DNA of 64,000 nt from an uncultured Nitrospiraceae bacterium (lineage in GTDB: Bacteria > Nitrospirota > Nitrospiria > Nitrospirales > Nitrospiraceae), in contig CAVSTP010000004.1 of the NCBI GenBank assembly GCA_963730935.1, positions 1,376,001 to 1,440,000 of the forward strand. Direction: 5' to 3'. The notes beneath the pieces are model-generated. The model searched no databases. It had not been told where the DNA came from and worked only from the letters and a program-made list of their open reading frames with translations. Position 1 is the stretch's first letter. Each line of letters opens with the position of its first letter. Shown here piece after piece: positions 50,666 to 60,303 of this stretch. Made by a program: the position numbers and the translations under genes.

Positions 50666-50741
50666 GGGGGGCTAGCTCAGTTGGGAGAGCACTACGTTCG
50701 CAACGTAGGGGTCGCGGGTTCAACTCCCGTGCCCTCCACCA
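50666..50741 (+). tRNA. tRNA-Ala(CGC)
   Basis: Full cloverleaf: acceptor GGGGGGC/GCCCTCC with G3:U70, anticodon arm CTACG-TTCGCAA-CGTAG, T-loop TTCAACT, encoded CCA. Confidence 0.97.
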
Positions 50742-50934
50742 TTTTTTAGTTCCTTTCACCCTGCTCCAAAAACCCCCACTCGCCTCAATATTCCAATCCT
50801 TGATTTTCTTTGGGTTTTTGTCCCATCCTCCTGCTCGGTCCAAAAACAAATCGTATCGACCCAAAATCATGACGCGCGACGGCGCGTGCAGCGACAGAAT
50901 AAATACTGTCGACGAATATGGCGGGTAGTGGACC

Positions 50935-51381
50935 ATGGCTGTTCGAGATGTTTCTGTCTTTATTCTCTATACTTCTACTGGGCATATACTCCTTCAGCAT
51001 CGGACGGACGACGCCTTGCGATTGCCAGGTTACTGGGCATTCTTTGGAGGGGGTATAGAACAAGGAGAAAATCCAACTGAAGCACTAAAACGCGAGATCC
51101 GAGAGGAATTATCCTACCTAGTCCAAAACCCGACATTTCTCCTAGCGCAAAAAGTTAGAGACGAAGAGAATGACCATTACAATACGAAGTACGTGTTTGT
51201 TGAACAGTATCAGGACCAATCCCTTCAATTAGGGGAAGGACAGGCGATGGGATGGTTTTCACCTGACGAAACACATGGATTAAAAATGGTCGACCACGAC
51301 CGTTTCGTTGTGGAACAAGTTCGAGATTATTTGAATCGACTATCAGAAAGGGCCGGCCAGGCAGGGTGCGATGAATGCTGA
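50935..51381 (+). CDS. NUDIX hydrolase
   Basis: GGGIEQGENPTEALKREIREEL Nudix box. Confidence 0.92.
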   Translation: MAVRDVSVFILYTSTGHILLQHRTDDALRLPGYWAFFGGGIEQGENPTEALKREIREELSYLVQNPTFLLAQKVRDEENDHYNTKYVFVEQYQDQSLQLGEGQAMGWFSPDETHGLKMVDHDRFVVEQVRDYLNRLSERAGQAGCDEC

Positions 51382-51693
51382 ATTCTGTTAGGCGGGCTTT
51401 GAGGAGCGTACGAGCGCTCCGGCAAGTGTAAGAGGAGTGTGACTCCGAAGTCATAATCAGTTGTTTTTGAACCATTACATGGCTACGCACAACATTATGA
51501 AATGTCTCGGATGCGCGAATCGCGGATCAGGAAGGTTTTTGGATGGCCTAGGAAGGGTTCGCGAATAACCAAATCGCGGGTCACAGCCATATCTAGACAT
51601 TCGCGCCAGTTCCAACCCCCCTTGCTTTACTCACTATAGCGGGCGATAATTGGCCTGCGTCGTTCACTAGGCTCTGACCAAGGCAGGTCACCT

Positions 51694-52356
51694 ATGACAC
51701 GCGTGACACGCGCGCAAACGCCGCCATTCAATCCTCACACATTCCTCCGCGAAGTCGGCAGAGGCAAAACAAGTCTGCCGTCGCCGAACAAACACACGAT
51801 CTTTTCCCAAGGGGATGCGGCGGATGCCGTGTTCTATATCCAGACGGGCAAGATCAAGCTCACCGTGGTCTCGCAGCAGGGCAAAGAAGCCGTTGTCGCG
51901 ATTCTGGAAGAGGGGGCTTTTTTTGGGGAATCCTGCCTCGCCGGACACACGGTTCGCACGGCGACCGCGACTACGGTGGAAGACTCCAGTCTCCTGCGCA
52001 TCGACAAAGATGCCATGATTCAGGTGCTGCATGAGAAGCCCGAGTTTGCCGAGCTGTTTACAGCCTATCTGCTGGCGCATACGATTCGTATCGAAGAGGA
52101 TTTGGTGGATCATCTCTTTAACTCCAGCGAGAAGCGGCTCGCGCGAGTGCTGCTGTTGTTGGCCCACTTCGGCAAAGATGATAAGCCGGAGCCGGTGATC
52201 GCGAAGATCAGTCAGGAAACGCTCGCCGAGATGATCGGGACGACGCGTTCCCGCGTCAGTTTCTTCATGAATAGGTTCCGCAAACTGGGCTTCATTGACT
52301 ACAACGGTGAGATGCACGTGCACAGTTCCCTCCTCAACGTCGTCCTTCACGACTAG
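51694..52356 (+). CDS. Crp/Fnr family transcriptional regulator
   Basis: IFSQGD, FFGE, EKRLAR.LL, SQETLAEMIGTTRSRVS. Confidence 0.95.
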   Translation: MTRVTRAQTPPFNPHTFLREVGRGKTSLPSPNKHTIFSQGDAADAVFYIQTGKIKLTVVSQQGKEAVVAILEEGAFFGESCLAGHTVRTATATTVEDSSLLRIDKDAMIQVLHEKPEFAELFTAYLLAHTIRIEEDLVDHLFNSSEKRLARVLLLLAHFGKDDKPEPVIAKISQETLAEMIGTTRSRVSFFMNRFRKLGFIDYNGEMHVHSSLLNVVLHD

Positions 52357-52381
52357 CCCATACGATCACCTTCATCCTCTT

Positions 52382-52567
52382 CTGCTACCACGCTGCTACC
52401 AGGACAGGACAAACCAGGCCCATCTGCACCCACTTCATGGTCAGCCCGCTTAGGCTTCTTTGGCGATTCGTCGGCGGTCATCCTGGTAGCTCCGCGGTAG
52501 CAGTAAAATCTAACCCCTTGTCCTGCATTAGGATTTCGAGTGATGGCGAACCAGCAAATCGCGGGTC
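52382..52567 (+). mobile_element. att-like remnant: TGCTACCA arm pair, inverted arm pair, AAATCGCGGGTC core
   Basis: CTGCTACCACGCTGCTACCAGG (52382) and imperfect inverse CCTGGTAGCTCCGCGGTAGCAG (52482). Confidence 0.6.
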
Positions 52568-52708
52568 AAACTCTGCTATCATTCGATCCCTCCCACCGTT
52601 GCATTTATCTGCTGAAGTCCCTATACCAGGGGTCCTTGAAAACCCCCAAACTCCACATTCACATCGAGTCGGCCTGTCAGCGTCGGCTCTTCACAGAAGG
52701 AGCGTTCC

Positions 52709-53041
52709 ATGACGAAACGTAACTTCAATTGGGTGCAGGGAATCGGTTTGGTAGCCACGGTGTTTGCTATGTCTGTTCTGGTGATCACGGATGGCCTGCA
52801 ATGGACGTCGGTACCGGCCTATGCCACCGAGCGTGGTGAGGAACGGAGAGATGATCGGGGTGACCGGCGAGATGACCGGGGAGATGCGCGGGATACTCGG
52901 CAAGAGGGCCGGGAGGCAGCCAGGGAGGCGAAACAAGATTGCAAGAAAGCAGACGATAAAAGTAATAGGGAATGTCGGCAGGAAAAGCGAGATGCCAAGG
53001 ACGATGCACGCGACGATGCCAGGGACATAAGACGAAAATAA
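52709..53041 (+). CDS. Exported low-complexity R/D-rich protein
   Basis: AAGGAG RBS; signal peptide; DDRGDRR repeats, two Cys. Confidence 0.7.
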   Translation: MTKRNFNWVQGIGLVATVFAMSVLVITDGLQWTSVPAYATERGEERRDDRGDRRDDRGDARDTRQEGREAAREAKQDCKKADDKSNRECRQEKRDAKDDARDDARDIRRK

Positions 53042-53065
53042 TCACAATAGTTGAACCGCTGACTT

Positions 53066-53100
53066 GGGGTGTAGGGTTCAAATGCTTTGCCCTACACCCC
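53066..53100. terminator. Hairpin downstream of 52709-53041
   Basis: GGGGTGTAGGG-N13-CCCTACACCCC. Confidence 0.5.
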
Positions 53101-53145
53101 AGACACCTCTGGTTCTTAAATCTCATCTTCACCATTCGCTCCCTT

Positions 53146-53325
53146 TGCTACCACGCTGCTACCAGGAGAGGACAAACCAGCCCCACCAGGGACCAACCCC
53201 TCGCTCCCCTGTTCTGTGGTTTTCTGTGGTTTTAGTGGGTTGGTGTGGGGACTTGAGACAATTCCTAAACCGCGGGTCGAAAACTAGACTAACAAACCGC
53301 AGGTCGCTGGTTCGATCCGCCGGCT
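53146..53325 (+). mobile_element. att-like remnant with tRNA 3'-half-like fragments
   Basis: TGCTACCA x2; TTCCTAAACCGCGGGTC; AAACCGCAGGTCGCTGGTTCGATCC. Confidence 0.65.
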
Positions 53326-53372
53326 CTTGGGTTGACGTGCCCGCTCTCCCAAGTCGTTGGTCGCAGGACTTA

Positions 53373-53891
53373 TCACTTCATCGAGCAAATGCAGCCGAAG
53401 CCTGAACCTGTGACCCCCGAACCGCAATACGCATCGGTGGGACCACTTTTACACTTGCCAGACTTACTCAAATCACTGCAATCCTTCCGACCCGAGCAAG
53501 AGCACGAGCCCCCGCCCTGTGGGTCCTTATCGCACTGCGCTTCGGAAACACCACCGTCGGCGCCATTGGGAGGTAGTACGACGATCAGATCATTGAGGCT
53601 TCCTAGGAGAAGTCTTTGGCCGGCATAATTTCCTTTCTGCCGGCTTACGAACTCGGTCAACGTCATCTCCTCTTTAGAACTCGTGCGAACCCGTACACGG
53701 CTGGAATCAATGCCCGCAGCTACGTCGTAGGTGGTCCCGCTGCGAGTTAAGTCGATGACGTAGGGGGCGCCTGCTGGTTGAGTTGCGATTGTCTGATTCG
53801 TGACTCGCACCTCTTTAATCTGTTTCTCGTCTCCGGCTGTGGAGCACGACGCCAATGCTAAAACAGCCACTGCTACGATTATCGTGTTCAT
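53373..53891 (-). CDS. Lipoprotein with Cys-rich C-terminus
   Basis: Lipobox LASC; 8 Cys in the last ~55 aa; AAGGAG RBS. Confidence 0.7.
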   Translation of the reverse strand: MNTIIVAVAVLALASCSTAGDEKQIKEVRVTNQTIATQPAGAPYVIDLTRSGTTYDVAAGIDSSRVRVRTSSKEEMTLTEFVSRQKGNYAGQRLLLGSLNDLIVVLPPNGADGGVSEAQCDKDPQGGGSCSCSGRKDCSDLSKSGKCKSGPTDAYCGSGVTGSGFGCICSMK

Positions 53892-53975
53892 CTTACGTCT
53901 CCTTTCCATCCGGATAGCGCGACAATCCGACCGTAGAGGAACCCGTACCGTCGGGCAAAATAAAGCCGGTAGGGG

Positions 53976-54102
53976 GTGCACTCCACCATTTTTTGATTCC
54001 TTTCACCCTGTTCCAAAAACCCCCACACTGGACTCAACATCCCATTCATTAATCCTCGAGAGTTTCTTGCTTCCTCCTCTGGGCGGTCCAAAAACAAATC
54101 GT
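53976..54102 (+). repeat. Duplicate of the tRNA-Ala 3' end plus downstream ~110 bp (att site)
   Basis: GTGCACTCCACCATTTTTT..TTCCTTTCACCCTG.TCCAAAAACCCCCAC...GGTCCAAAAACAAATCGT matches 50729-50854. Confidence 0.85.
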
Positions 54103-54319
54103 TTTGGAGCTAGACGCCTTTACCACGTGCCGCATCGAAATTAGTGAAAATGCGGCGAGGCTCCTAACCCTGACAGGACACACCACAGTTATCAGCACCT
54201 ATATCTGCCGATGTCAATGTCGCTTTTTGATGAAACTTATGTGACCAGACCTATTTACAAGCACTCTATACAAGAGCAAAATAAAACTTCTTCCCATCCC
54301 GAATTTCGAAGGTACATTC

Positions 54320-54508
54320 ATGCCGCTCTCAAACGAGGTGCATAAATTTACCAGCGCTTGCGAGCATCTTATTGCGGGCATGGCGATGTATCGGCCACTC
54401 ACCGAAGATGAGCGGTTGCTGATCAAGCACTACTGCAATGAAGTGCTAACCAAGGTTGATCAGCCACAGACCACTTCCGCGCAGGTCGAAATTCCTCTGT
54501 CCCCATGA
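54320..54508 (+). CDS. Small helical hypothetical protein
   Basis: Similar to 3347-3565. Confidence 0.55.
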   Translation: MPLSNEVHKFTSACEHLIAGMAMYRPLTEDERLLIKHYCNEVLTKVDQPQTTSAQVEIPLSP

Positions 54509-54857
54509 GTTACCATGCGGGTCGCAAAAATCCAGGGCGTTCCGGCCGCTCTCGTTGAAAACCCACCATCGACTTATAATCACCTGATAAGAGACCCCCA
54601 TGATAGTTAAACTCGCCCTCTTTCTGTCTGCATAACTGTTCTGCGTATCGTGTTCAAAATGCTATCCCACGGTAGAGTGTGAACAAGTCGATTTTTCGAG
54701 GGCTTCGACGTATCCAGAGCTGAAACTGAACAGAATATTTCAGCCGAAGAGCGAAATCGATCCCACATGGTTTCCCATCTGCGCCAGGATGCAAGATAAT
54801 AGAGGTGACCGGGGTACGAATCGAGGAGAACAGGGCTGGGGAGAGGGAGAATAATGT

Positions 54858-55463
54858 ATGCGTAGCGATCAGCCTCTCTCGGCTCTGTTCAACATTCCCA
54901 TCGTCCTATTAATCGTGTGCCTCACCATTTCCGCGTACGCCGGCACTAAGCCGGCCGTGGACACAGCTAAGAATAATAGTGCCGAATACGAGGCATCTGC
55001 GAAGGAACTCCGCAAATCAGCTGAAGCAGGAGATGCATCCGCTCAAAACGCACTCGGCCTGCTGTACTACGAAGGCAAGGGTGTACCCAAAAACTATGGG
55101 CTAGCGAAGGAGTGGTTTGAAAAGGCCGCGAAGCAGGGACGCGCAGGAGCCCAAGTCAACCTCGGTACATTGTATCTTCACGGGGATGGGGCTCCGGAAA
55201 GCGCCCAGATGGCCTTATTCTGGTTTGAGCGGGCGGCAGCGCAGCGAGACGCTCTGGCTTTCGCGAAACTTGGGCGCATGTATGAACTGGGGCAAGGAGT
55301 ATCCAAGAATCTAATACAGGCTCAGATGTGGTACAACCTCTCCGTAGCACATGGAGAGCAGCGAGCAGCAGAGGCTCGTGATGCTCTTACGAAACAGATG
55401 ACCGCAGCCCAGATTGCCGAAGCCGAGCGGCTGGCGCAGGAGTGGAAGCCGAAAGCCAAATAA
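54858..55463 (+). CDS. Sel1-repeat protein
   Basis: AEAGDASAQNALGLLYYEGKGVPKN...WFEKAAKQG. Confidence 0.92.
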   Translation: MRSDQPLSALFNIPIVLLIVCLTISAYAGTKPAVDTAKNNSAEYEASAKELRKSAEAGDASAQNALGLLYYEGKGVPKNYGLAKEWFEKAAKQGRAGAQVNLGTLYLHGDGAPESAQMALFWFERAAAQRDALAFAKLGRMYELGQGVSKNLIQAQMWYNLSVAHGEQRAAEARDALTKQMTAAQIAEAERLAQEWKPKAK

Positions 55464-55842
55464 TCGACCGACCGTCCACGAATGCGAAGCTACTTCACGG
55501 ACTTACCAAACAGAGTATCTCCTACCACCTTGGCATGGCGGCTACCAGCGTCTAATGTTCCACCTTGTCCCTATGTTACAACGTCCAAATTGATATGAAT
55601 TCAGCGGTGTTATGTTGGCGTGGTCGTCTCGCCAGACGTAAGCATGTCAGTGAATCGAGCCTAGGAAATATCCGAGTATAGAAACTTATACTACTTATAC
55701 TATGAAGATACGCGTTGAGCGTCCCGCTGCCGTATGCACAGCCCGTGCGCGTGCTCTGAGCCGGTTGTGCGGTCGAACCTGACACCATACTCGGCTCAAG
55801 CATTATGTGGTATGACTAGTGCGGAAAAGCATCGGAGATTGA

Positions 55843-57561
55843 ATGATGAGGAGCAATCAGCTCATGTCACCCCGATTTACCATTGCTCTCGTGCTGTCGA
55901 TTGTGTGCCTCACCATTTCCTCTTGCGCCGACACTTTACCTCCTGAGCTCCATAAAAGTAACGCTATTGACGTGATTGACGTTGCAATGGCGGAAGAGCC
56001 CAGCAAATCCCCTGAGCCGGCGGAAGCAGTTAGCAGGTCCCACGAACCGGTGAAAGCGTTCAGCACGTCCCCTGAACCCCCGAAAGCACCCAGCACGTTG
56101 CTTGAACCGTGGGAAGCACCTAGCAAGTCCCGCGAACCCGTAAGAGCAGTCAGTAAATCGCCTGAGCCCCCGAAAGCACCCAGCACGTTGCTTGAACCGG
56201 CGGAACCACCTAGCAGGTCCCGCGAGCCCGTAAGAGCAGTCAGTAAATCGCCTGAGCCCCCGAAAGCACCCAGCACATTGCTTGAACCGGCGGAACCACC
56301 TAGCAGGTCCCGCGAACCCGTAAGAGCAGTCAGTAAATCGCCTGAGCAGGCGAAAGCAGTCAGAAGGTCCCCTGAACCCGAGAAAGCAGGCAGTAAATCC
56401 CCCAAACTTGTCAACGCACTCAGCACGTCCCATCAGCCAGCGGAAGAACTCAGCCCATTCGCTGAAGAAGGGAGCGCAACTGCGAATTACCTCCGCAAGT
56501 TAGCTGAAGCAGGAGACGCATCCGCTCAAAACGCACTCGGCCTGCTGTACTACGAAGGCAAGGATGTACCCCAGAACTCTGGGCGAGCGAAGGAGTGGTT
56601 TCAAAAGGCCGCGGAACACGGGCATGCGGGAGCCCAAGTCAACCTCGGCACATTGTATCTTCACGGAGATGGGGCTCCGCACAGCGCCCAGACGGCCTTA
56701 GTCTGGTTCGAGCGGGCGGCAGCGCAACGAGATGCTCTGGCTTTCGCGAAACTTGGGCGCATGTATGAACGAGGGCAAGGAGTATCCCAGAATTTAGTAC
56801 AGGCTCAGATGTGGTACACCCTCTCCGTAGCACATGGAGAACAGCGGGCCGCAAAGATTCGTGACGCTCTCGCGAACCAGATGACCGCAGACCAGATCGC
56901 CGAAGCCCAGCGGCTGGCACAGGAGTGGAAATCGAAAGACAGACCAGGCGTTTTTCCGACCACCGCAGGCAGTAAATCCCCCAAACTTGTCAAAGTACTC
57001 AGCACGTCCCATCAGCCAGCGGAAGAACTCAGCCCATTCGCTGAAGAAGGGAGCGCAACTGCGAATTACCTCCGCAAGTTAGCTGAAGCAGGAAACGCAT
57101 CCGCTCAAAACGCACTCGGCCTGCTGTACTACGAAGGCAAGGATGTACCCCAGAACTCTGGGCGAGCGAAGGAGTGGTTTCAAAAGGCCGCGGAACACGG
57201 GCATGCGGGAGCCCAAGTCAACCTCGGCACATTGTATCTTCACGGAGATGGGGCTCCGCACAGCGCCCAGACGGCCTTGGTCTGGTTCGAGCGGGCGGCA
57301 GCGCAACGAGATGCTCTGGCTTTCGCGAAACTTGGGCGCATGTATGAACGAGGGCAAGGAGTATCCCAGAATTTAGTACAGGCTCAGATGTGGTACAACC
57401 TCTCCGTAGCACATGGAGAACAGCGGGCCGCAAAGATTCGTGACGCTCTCGCGAACCAGATGACCGCAGACCAGATCGCCGAAGCCCAGCGGCTGGCACA
57501 GGAGTGGAAATCGAAAGACAGACCAGGCGTTTTTCCGACCACAGCAGGCCGATACCCCTGA
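55843..57561 (+). CDS. Sel1-repeat (lipo)protein with 10-aa Pro/Ser/Glu repeats and a duplicated Sel1 block
   Basis: ORF translation; internal DNA repeats. Confidence 0.9.
   Translation: MMRSNQLMSPRFTIALVLSIVCLTISSCADTLPPELHKSNAIDVIDVAMAEEPSKSPEPAEAVSRSHEPVKAFSTSPEPPKAPSTLLEPWEAPSKSREPVRAVSKSPEPPKAPSTLLEPAEPPSRSREPVRAVSKSPEPPKAPSTLLEPAEPPSRSREPVRAVSKSPEQAKAVRRSPEPEKAGSKSPKLVNALSTSHQPAEELSPFAEEGSATANYLRKLAEAGDASAQNALGLLYYEGKDVPQNSGRAKEWFQKAAEHGHAGAQVNLGTLYLHGDGAPHSAQTALVWFERAAAQRDALAFAKLGRMYERGQGVSQNLVQAQMWYTLSVAHGEQRAAKIRDALANQMTADQIAEAQRLAQEWKSKDRPGVFPTTAGSKSPKLVKVLSTSHQPAEELSPFAEEGSATANYLRKLAEAGNASAQNALGLLYYEGKDVPQNSGRAKEWFQKAAEHGHAGAQVNLGTLYLHGDGAPHSAQTALVWFERAAAQRDALAFAKLGRMYERGQGVSQNLVQAQMWYNLSVAHGEQRAAKIRDALANQMTADQIAEAQRLAQEWKSKDRPGVFPTTAGRYP
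56002..56440 (+). repeat. Coding tandem repeat, 30-bp unit with 90-bp higher-order period
   Basis: SKSPEPPKAP/STLLEPAEPP/SRSREPVRAV. Confidence 0.9.
56386..57549 (+). repeat. 579-bp near-identical tandem duplication
   Basis: GCAGGC at 56386, 56965 and 57544. Confidence 0.92.
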
Positions 57562-57797
57562 GGCAGTTTCAGCGGGGAAAGTCTGTCCCTCACCTCACAC
57601 TAGCCAGAACGGCTATGAACAGCGGCCTGCGACCAGGTTAGTCATCATACTAGTCCCACATACCCTGTCAGTTTCGACAGTTACTTCTTCGCAGACTGCT
57701 TATTCCTATGTCCGGGCATAAGAACGCGTATGACTGCATCAAGGCGTTTTCGGAAACGGATTTCACGGAGGACTTGAAAAGATTGATGTGCCAACGC

Positions 57798-58226
57798 TCA
57801 TTCGGTCTCAATGCGTAGCTGATGCTCAATAGCTCTTCGACGTTTTTCATTGGCCTCATACGACCGATCCGAGGTGTCAAGAACGCCCTTCGACAAGCCG
57901 ATTAGGTTGCCACCTGCTTGTCTAACAAATTCTCGCGGCGGCAGAAAACGGAGTTTTGCCCAGACGTGAAAGAGCGGAATCGCATACATCTTGGCGAAGA
58001 GATCGCAGGAGAGGCGTCGAAAAAGCTGATGGGCTTCTCGAAGCGTTTCCTGGGGCGCGAGCTTGGTATTGCTGTAAACGTTGGCATAGTAGATCAACGA
58101 ATGCTCAATTTCCCCAGTGAGTTTGTAGAACTCGTTAATGGGCTCGATGACAAACTTGACGAAGATCTGCCCAACCACAAACACCACGACTCCAGATAAT
58201 ACGGTTAAAAACACCTGTCCAATCAT
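57798..58226 (-). CDS. Hypothetical protein with N-terminal TM
   Basis: ORF downstream of the XRE gene. Confidence 0.65.
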   Translation of the reverse strand: MIGQVFLTVLSGVVVFVVGQIFVKFVIEPINEFYKLTGEIEHSLIYYANVYSNTKLAPQETLREAHQLFRRLSCDLFAKMYAIPLFHVWAKLRFLPPREFVRQAGGNLIGLSKGVLDTSDRSYEANEKRRRAIEHQLRIETE

Positions 58227-58235
58227 GGGGCCCCT

Positions 58236-58442
58236 TCACTTCAAGAGAGTGGTCACCGGCACCCGCAGCGCCTTCGCCAGCTTCGCCAGGGTGCTCAGAG
58301 AGGGGTCGTGCATGCCAAGTTCCAAGCGTGCAAGGTAGCCATGAGACATGCCAGACTTTTTGGCGAGTTGCTGTTGTGTAAAGCCTCGATGCTCTCGAAG
58401 TCGCTTCAGGCGCATTGCCAGCTTCTCATTAATTGAATGCAT
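58236..58442 (-). CDS. XRE-family HTH regulator (controller-protein-like)
   Basis: LKRLREHRGFTQQQLAKKSGMSHGYLARLELG..DPSLSTL.KLAKAL.V. Confidence 0.92.
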   Translation of the reverse strand: MHSINEKLAMRLKRLREHRGFTQQQLAKKSGMSHGYLARLELGMHDPSLSTLAKLAKALRVPVTTLLK

Positions 58443-58460
58443 TATTACCTATAGGTAATA
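58443..58460. promoter_or_regulatory. Perfect 18-bp palindrome abutting the XRE start codon
   Basis: TATTACCTATAGGTAATA. Confidence 0.7.
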
Positions 58461-58541
58461 GTAAAGTAAAGCGCCATGGTCCGAGTTCATCCCGGTGCTC
58501 CGTAGATTTTCCAGGCATAGATGGCGGCGATCATTGTCAGC

Positions 58542-58859
58542 TCATTTGGTCGGTTCTTCTACCACCACCGCGACTCCAGCATTTGTGACAACTACAAGAG
58601 AGCCCTTCGATCTCCTTGCAGCCTCGGCCGTTTCCCAGCGCTCTAATTCTTGTTGAATCTGCTCCGAGGAGTTGTCATCAAGAAATTCTCGCGACATCCT
58701 GACCCGATAAACCAATCGTCTTGCGGGATTTTCGATTGTGAAGAGTTCCGAGATGGTATCTGTGTCATGTCGGTCAGAAATCGTGCAGTCAGGAAAATTC
58801 ATTTTAAGATAATTGCGTGCTGCTGAGATTTTGGTTTCCTCAGATCGTGGTCCGCTCAT
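58542..58859 (-). CDS. Hypothetical protein
   Basis: ORF with AAAGGA upstream. Confidence 0.55.
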   Translation of the reverse strand: MSGPRSEETKISAARNYLKMNFPDCTISDRHDTDTISELFTIENPARRLVYRVRMSREFLDDNSSEQIQQELERWETAEAARRSKGSLVVVTNAGVAVVVEEPTK

Positions 58860-58899
58860 GGGGGGATCCTTTCTTGTCTTCCTAGACTCTCGATCTTGA

Positions 58900-59035
58900 C
58901 TATTCCAGTAGATCCTTGGCCTTCACCTTGGGTGCCTTCGCCAGCTCTGCCAGCGTGCTCACAGAAGGATCATGCATCCCGATTTCTAGGCGTGCGAGGT
59001 AGCCATGCGGATCCCCGACTTCTTGGCGAGTTGCG
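58900..59035 (-). pseudogene. Truncated, frameshifted paralogue of the XRE gene
   Basis: QLAKKSGI/HGYLARLEIGMHDPSVSTLAELAKAPKVKAKDLLE*; 1-nt deletion; 5' end missing. Confidence 0.8.
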
Positions 59036-59271
59036 ATGCATCCGCGATGGGTCCAACTATTGTTTCGACATTGCCTGATGTGCCAATAACCGATCCCTGC
59101 CAGAAATACGCTAAAACAAACGTATCGCTATCCCATCCGACGAAACGAGCATTGAAGCACACAGAACAGGACGTAACATCCACCCGATCAAATTCAATAA
59201 ATTAGAAACGGTCTCCGAATCCAGTTCGCTGACTTGCCATCCATGAGCAGACTGCAGGTTTGATAGAGCGG

Positions 59272-59475
59272 CTATTTAGTCTGGCCACTTGCGATCGGAG
59301 GAAAAGGAGGTGGGGTTTTGTGATCTTTCATCTTGATCACTTCTCTTCCAAGCAAATAAAGTTGTACCTCCAGAATATGAAGATCAGGCCCGCTTAGCGC
59401 CTCTCCCGTACGAAGCCGCTCCATGACCTCTCTAGCTTGGTCAACCAAATTGCGGACGACATCTCGGAGTTCCAT
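59272..59475 (-). CDS. Small helical protein (paralogue of 17039-17269)
   Basis: Sequence similarity by eye. Confidence 0.55.
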   Translation of the reverse strand: MELRDVVRNLVDQAREVMERLRTGEALSGPDLHILEVQLYLLGREVIKMKDHKTPPPFPPIASGQTK

Positions 59476-59732
59476 ACAATAGGAACACTAGCACGGTGTG
59501 CTTAGATGCAAAACTAGCAGTAATGCTAGCGCTAAACCTGTGGAAAACCTACGGGGTGAGGCGCCGGTCGCGCCGAATTTCAGATTGTGCCAAACATAGG
59601 CAGGCGAAGGGGACTTCTCCACACAGAATTGACACGTTCCACTCATGTGCCTATACTTCGCGCCCACTCACAATAACAGCTTTCCGAGAGCCTCCCGAAG
59701 GCCGAGTCGCCACTTTGCAGGGAAGGTGTCCC

Positions 59733-60281
59733 TTGCCACACGTGCCCATTGTGCCTCCTGAGCAAGCCTCCAAAGACGTCCAGGAGGTATACGAAGAGTT
59801 CTACCGCCGCATGTCGTTTCCTGCTCCACCGAATTTCATTATGACGCAGGGGCATTCGGCTACAGTAGCGCGTGGCACGTGGGAAGCCGTGAAAAATGTC
59901 CTTGTTTCAGGAGCGATACCCCGCTGGCAAAAAGAAATGATGTTTGTCGCGATCTCCAAGGATCGAGCGTGTCGCTACTGCACGGCTGCACATATTGCGT
60001 GTTGTCGCATGTTGGGTGTGAAGCCAGAGATGCTTGAGAGCTTGGTCCGCGATATCGATCACATACCCGATCCAAAATTGCGTGACATGATCAAATTCTC
60101 CCTCAAGTGTTCTCGTAATCCACAAGGACTAACGGACAGAGATTATGCAACTCTGCGTGAGCGTGGGCTTAGTCAACCCGAGATCCTGGAAATAATTGCG
60201 ATGTCAGCACTCGCGGTTTATGCGAACATTCTCGCGGATGCCACGGCCATGGAATCAGACGGAATGTTCAATACGCTGTGA
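59733..60281 (+). CDS. Carboxymuconolactone decarboxylase/AhpD-like protein
   Basis: KEMMFVAIS....CRYCTAAH; LRERGLS..EILEII; TTG start inferred. Confidence 0.85.
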   Translation: MPHVPIVPPEQASKDVQEVYEEFYRRMSFPAPPNFIMTQGHSATVARGTWEAVKNVLVSGAIPRWQKEMMFVAISKDRACRYCTAAHIACCRMLGVKPEMLESLVRDIDHIPDPKLRDMIKFSLKCSRNPQGLTDRDYATLRERGLSQPEILEIIAMSALAVYANILADATAMESDGMFNTL

Positions 60282-60303
60282 CCTCCCCTCCTTCAGCCAC
60301 AGG

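Noticed and set aside
53262..53325. Second tRNA gene
   Set aside because: Only anticodon-loop and T-arm-like fragments, with no acceptor or D arm; treated as an att remnant
56002..56440. Possible CRISPR array
   Set aside because: In-frame coding repeats without unique spacers; no cas genes
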